A stretch of DNA of 64,000 nt from an uncultured delta proteobacterium (GTDB lineage: Bacteria > Desulfobacterota > BSN033 > UBA1163), in assembly GCA_963827685.1 (NCBI GenBank), contig CAWHBU010000001.1, forward strand, positions 320,001-384,000, read 5' to 3'. A program made the translations under genes and the position numbers. Below, piece by piece: positions 61,095-64,000 of this stretch. Position 1 is the stretch's first letter, and each line of letters opens with the position of its first letter. The notes beneath the pieces were generated by a model. It did not search any database, was not told the DNA's origin, and saw only the letters and a program-made list of their open reading frames with translations.

Positions 61095-61232
61095 AGTGAA
61101 GCTCCCCGGCCACAGGCCGGGGCTTCCCGGGCACGCAGTGGCGAGAGGGATACGAGCAAAGGGAATATCGTTTTAATCGTGCCCCTTGACCCCGCCTATC
61201 CCGCGATAGGCGGGACGGGGCGCTTGCCGGCC
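61095..61232. mobile_element. transposase-less IS200/IS605-end-like element
   Basis: Start matches 22329-22364; second GC hairpin at about 61190-61222. Confidence 0.55.
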
Positions 61233-61304
61233 AAAGAAGGCCTGAGATAAAGAATCGAAAGATCAAAGAGAAGAAAGGCAGATGATCAGGGAGGAGGTTT
61301 GTTT

Positions 61305-62378
61305 ATGGTGGATTCGACTTTAGAACTGTTCCGGGAACTGACTGAAGCGCCTGGCATTTCCGGCTATGAGCAAGAGGTCCGTGAGATCATTCGGAGACAT
61401 CTTCAAGACATCACGACAATAGAACAGGACCGGTTGGGCAGTATTGTATGCCGAAAGAATGGCAAAGCAGAAAAGCCAAGGGTCATGCTGGCAGGACACA
61501 TGGACGAGATTGGATTTATCGTCAAACTTGTGACCGATGAGGGCTTCATCAAATTCAGTCCCCTCGGAGGATGGTGGGGACATGTGATGCTGGCCCAGCG
61601 CGTAGTGATCAAAACCCGCAAGGGCGATGTGATCGGGCTCATCGGTTCGAAACCTCCCCATATCTTGTCAGAAGAGGAACGAAAGAAGCTTCAAGAACCA
61701 AAGGACATGTACATCGATGTGGGCGCCACCTCTTCGGCTGAGGTCAAGGAACTCGGCATCCGTCCAGGTGATCCTATCATTCCAATCTGTCCCTTCACTG
61801 TCTTAGGTACTGGCAAGACTTACCTGGCCAAGGCACTGGACGATCGAGTCGGGTGTGCCCTCTTCATTGAGGTGATTAAGGGCCTCGGCCGGGAAAAACA
61901 TCCGAATACAGTGTATGGTGTTGGCACTGTCCAGGAAGAGGTAGGCCTTCGTGGAGCACGAACAAGCTCCTGGGTGGTTGAGCCGGATGTGGGGCTGACG
62001 ATGGAGGTTGGTGTTGCGGGAGATGTTCCAGATGTTAAGAAAGACGATGCCCAGGGAAGGCTTGGAAAGGGTCCAGTGATCGTGATCCGGGATGGTAGCA
62101 TGGTCCCAAACCTAAGGCTTCGGGATCTCTTCGTCAATACGGCAGAGAAATTGAAAATTCCTTATCAATTCGATATGTTGGAACGCGGTGGGACAGACTC
62201 CGGAGCAATTCATCTTCATCGTCGTGGAGTACCCAACCTTGTCGTTGCTGTTCCTACCCGGCACATTCACAGTCATGCAGGGATCATCTACCGGGATGAC
62301 TTTGACCATGCGGTGAAGCTTGTCACCGCTGTGATCAAAAAGCTTGATGCGGACACAGTAGCGAGCCTGACCGAATAA
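61305..62378 (+). CDS. M42 family metallo-aminopeptidase
   Basis: GHMDEIG, KALDDRVG, QEEVGLRGA, GGTD, HIHS. Confidence 0.93.
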   Translation: MVDSTLELFRELTEAPGISGYEQEVREIIRRHLQDITTIEQDRLGSIVCRKNGKAEKPRVMLAGHMDEIGFIVKLVTDEGFIKFSPLGGWWGHVMLAQRVVIKTRKGDVIGLIGSKPPHILSEEERKKLQEPKDMYIDVGATSSAEVKELGIRPGDPIIPICPFTVLGTGKTYLAKALDDRVGCALFIEVIKGLGREKHPNTVYGVGTVQEEVGLRGARTSSWVVEPDVGLTMEVGVAGDVPDVKKDDAQGRLGKGPVIVIRDGSMVPNLRLRDLFVNTAEKLKIPYQFDMLERGGTDSGAIHLHRRGVPNLVVAVPTRHIHSHAGIIYRDDFDHAVKLVTAVIKKLDADTVASLTE

Positions 62379-62522
62379 AGAAGGAGGATTGAATAATTTT
62401 CCCAATCGATACGTCTAAAATAATATCTTAGAAATGAATGGTGAGGTTCCTCTGATATGAGTTGTAGAAGAAAGAGGAAAAATGTGGCAAAATTAGATAG
62501 AGAGTTAAGAAGGTGGATTGAG

Positions 62523-62816
62523 ATGAAAAAATTTATAATGATCAGTGTACTTTTGCTGACAATTTTTCTGTCAAGCGGATCGGCCTTAGCTTGGCATCGT
62601 GGCCAGTTCGGGATCTTTATTACTCCACCACCCGTATGGGTGAGTCCCCCTGGTTTTTATTACCGAGGGTACTATCCCCCACCCAGTTACTACGGGCCAG
62701 ATTACTATTACAATGAGCCTTACAGAGTCTGGGTTCCGGGCCACTGGGAAGAGAGGCGGACTCCCTATGGTCGGGAAAGGACCTGGATTCCAGGTTACTG
62801 GGAATATCGGCGATAA
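62523..62816 (+). CDS. secreted Pro/Tyr-rich YXWGXW-repeat protein
   Basis: Signal peptide, VWVPGHW, WIPGYW. Confidence 0.8.
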   Translation: MKKFIMISVLLLTIFLSSGSALAWHRGQFGIFITPPPVWVSPPGFYYRGYYPPPSYYGPDYYYNEPYRVWVPGHWEERRTPYGRERTWIPGYWEYRR

Positions 62817-62856
62817 ATGAACGGGATTGAGGTTAAGTCCTCAATCCCGTTCATTT
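62815..62856. terminator. bidirectional terminator
   Basis: AAATGAACGGGATTGAGG-ttaagt-CCTCAATCCCGTTCATTT. Confidence 0.85.
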
Positions 62857-62938
62857 ACTAAAGTTACATCGTTGCGTTTGTTCTATCGCCTTCCTTCAAG
62901 TTACGCCTAAGGTTGAGCAGGGTTTCAACGTATTTAAC

Positions 62939-63380
62939 TCAATCCCATTTTTTTACTTTTTCCGAAATCATCTGGGTGAGTTTTTTCTTCTGCGTATCGT
63001 TCAGATTGCTTTGGAAGCCGAGCAGCAAATCAAAGGCTTTATTAAAGCGTTGAGTCTCATCCCGAAGCATTCCCTGGAGGAGAGAGGTCATCTTTTGGAT
63101 GTCGGGATTTTCTTTCGCTGCTTCCTCCTTGATTTTTACCAAGGCTTCCTTTTTTTCTTTTGAGCCCCTCCTGGAAGTTCTTCCGGATTTCGGCCTTTAA
63201 ACCTTCCAACTTCATCTTTTGATCCTCATTAAGATCGAGCTTCCCTGCGGTCTTATCTACCTTCTTAATGAAGATCTTTTCAGCCTTTGACATCGTATCG
63301 ATTCGGGGTTTGCACCCGACAACTAATCCCCCCCAAAAAAACGCCGCCATGAAATAAATGAAATACCGATTTAATTTCAT
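62939..63380 (-). pseudogene. Spy/CpxP-like lipoprotein, frameshifted in an A-run near 63150-63161
   Basis: VVGC lipobox, LDLNEDQK and LNDTQKKKL motifs in two frames; removing one A joins them. Confidence 0.7.
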
Positions 63381-63665
63381 CTTTTTTCTCCTTTCTCTCT
63401 ATGAAAAATGGATTTGGTTATTCCCTCACGCTTTCAACTTAAGTCTAATAACTGAAGTCGGGAAAAGTCAACCCTACGACTCCCTTTTCTAAAGGACAGG
63501 GCCTTCAGCTGAGCTTTCGACCCGGGCCCAGGTTGAGGGCTCATGCCGAAACCCTGGGCTTGTCCACCATGCGATGGCCCGAGCCAGGCCGGTTCAGCGC
63601 AATGTAAGCCTTGGGTGCTGTTGGGGCAGTAATATGAATTTGTTAGTTTATGCGGGCTTAAGGGC

Positions 63666-64000
63666 TTAAGGATGAAGGATGGAGAAACTACGGAGCTTGC
63701 TTTCGCAACTGGGACAAAACCCCGAACCCTTGCCGTCTGTGTCCGCTAAGCTGTTTGAAAAAAACATCACGCATCGGGGGTTTCCACAATGTCCTAATCC
63801 ATAAGTATGTCCTAATTCATGAACCGCTTCGGTAAAGACCCTCTGGTGAAAAAGGTCTTGATCTTCAGGCAAATGGTAAAACGTTTGCCTCAGACGGGTG
63901 ATGGAAATAACCGCGGCTTTTGAGCTTGCTTGGCCAAAGACAAAATTTAATTCGGGAACAAATAAGTCGTGGTCCACGATACCTAAGATTTTTTCGTAAG
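63666..64000 (-). CDS. archaemetzincin (M54) zinc metalloprotease, 5'-partial
   Basis: NFVFG, HELGHTYGLGHC..CVM, FCPSC. Confidence 0.9.
   Translation of the reverse strand, partial: YEKILGIVDHDLFVPELNFVFGQASSKAAVISITRLRQTFYHLPEDQDLFHQRVFTEAVHELGHTYGLGHCGNPRCVMFFSNSLADTDGKGSGFCPSCESKLRSFSILHP

Noticed and set aside
63466-63565. IscB/omega-RNA-like 5' end (GTCAAC..CTAAAGG..GGGCTTG)
   Set aside because: No iscB, isrB or tnpB follows; GTCAA also reads as the -35 of the minus-strand gene

Overview
This looks like the chromosome of an anaerobic deltaproteobacterium (Desulfobacterota-like, inferred from gene content only). Bases 1-22 kb are a minus-strand housekeeping run: radical SAM fusion, rng, rplU, rpmA, obgE, proB, proA, nadD, rsfS, dksA-like, lapA/lapB fusion, comF, asmA-like, nrdD/nrdH/nrdG with NrdR boxes, a diguanylate cyclase and a Nudix hydrolase. 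The rest holds putB, a cobalamin riboswitch with tonB-btuFCD, an IS200 tnpA, ilvA, pxpABC, hcp, glgX, glpK and several peptidases and hydrolases. The most notable observations are: (1) a solitary 1310-aa STAND/NACHT NTPase with a helical-repeat middle and a C-terminal PD-(D/E)XK nuclease, a candidate defence protein; (2) a DedA-rhodanese protein with an in-frame UGA at the catalytic CxC position, a probable selenoprotein; (3) a layered set of non-coding elements, namely periodic 6-8-mer foldback hairpins at operon junctions, GTAA-ended MITEs, REP doublets and 24-61 bp palindromes with 4-bp target duplications nested inside other hairpins; (4) two small ORFs missed by the ORF track; (5) a probable AUA start codon. 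Three frameshifted genes suggest possible indel errors in the assembly. No rRNA, tRNA or CRISPR array was seen. All family assignments come from motif recognition by eye, not database searches.
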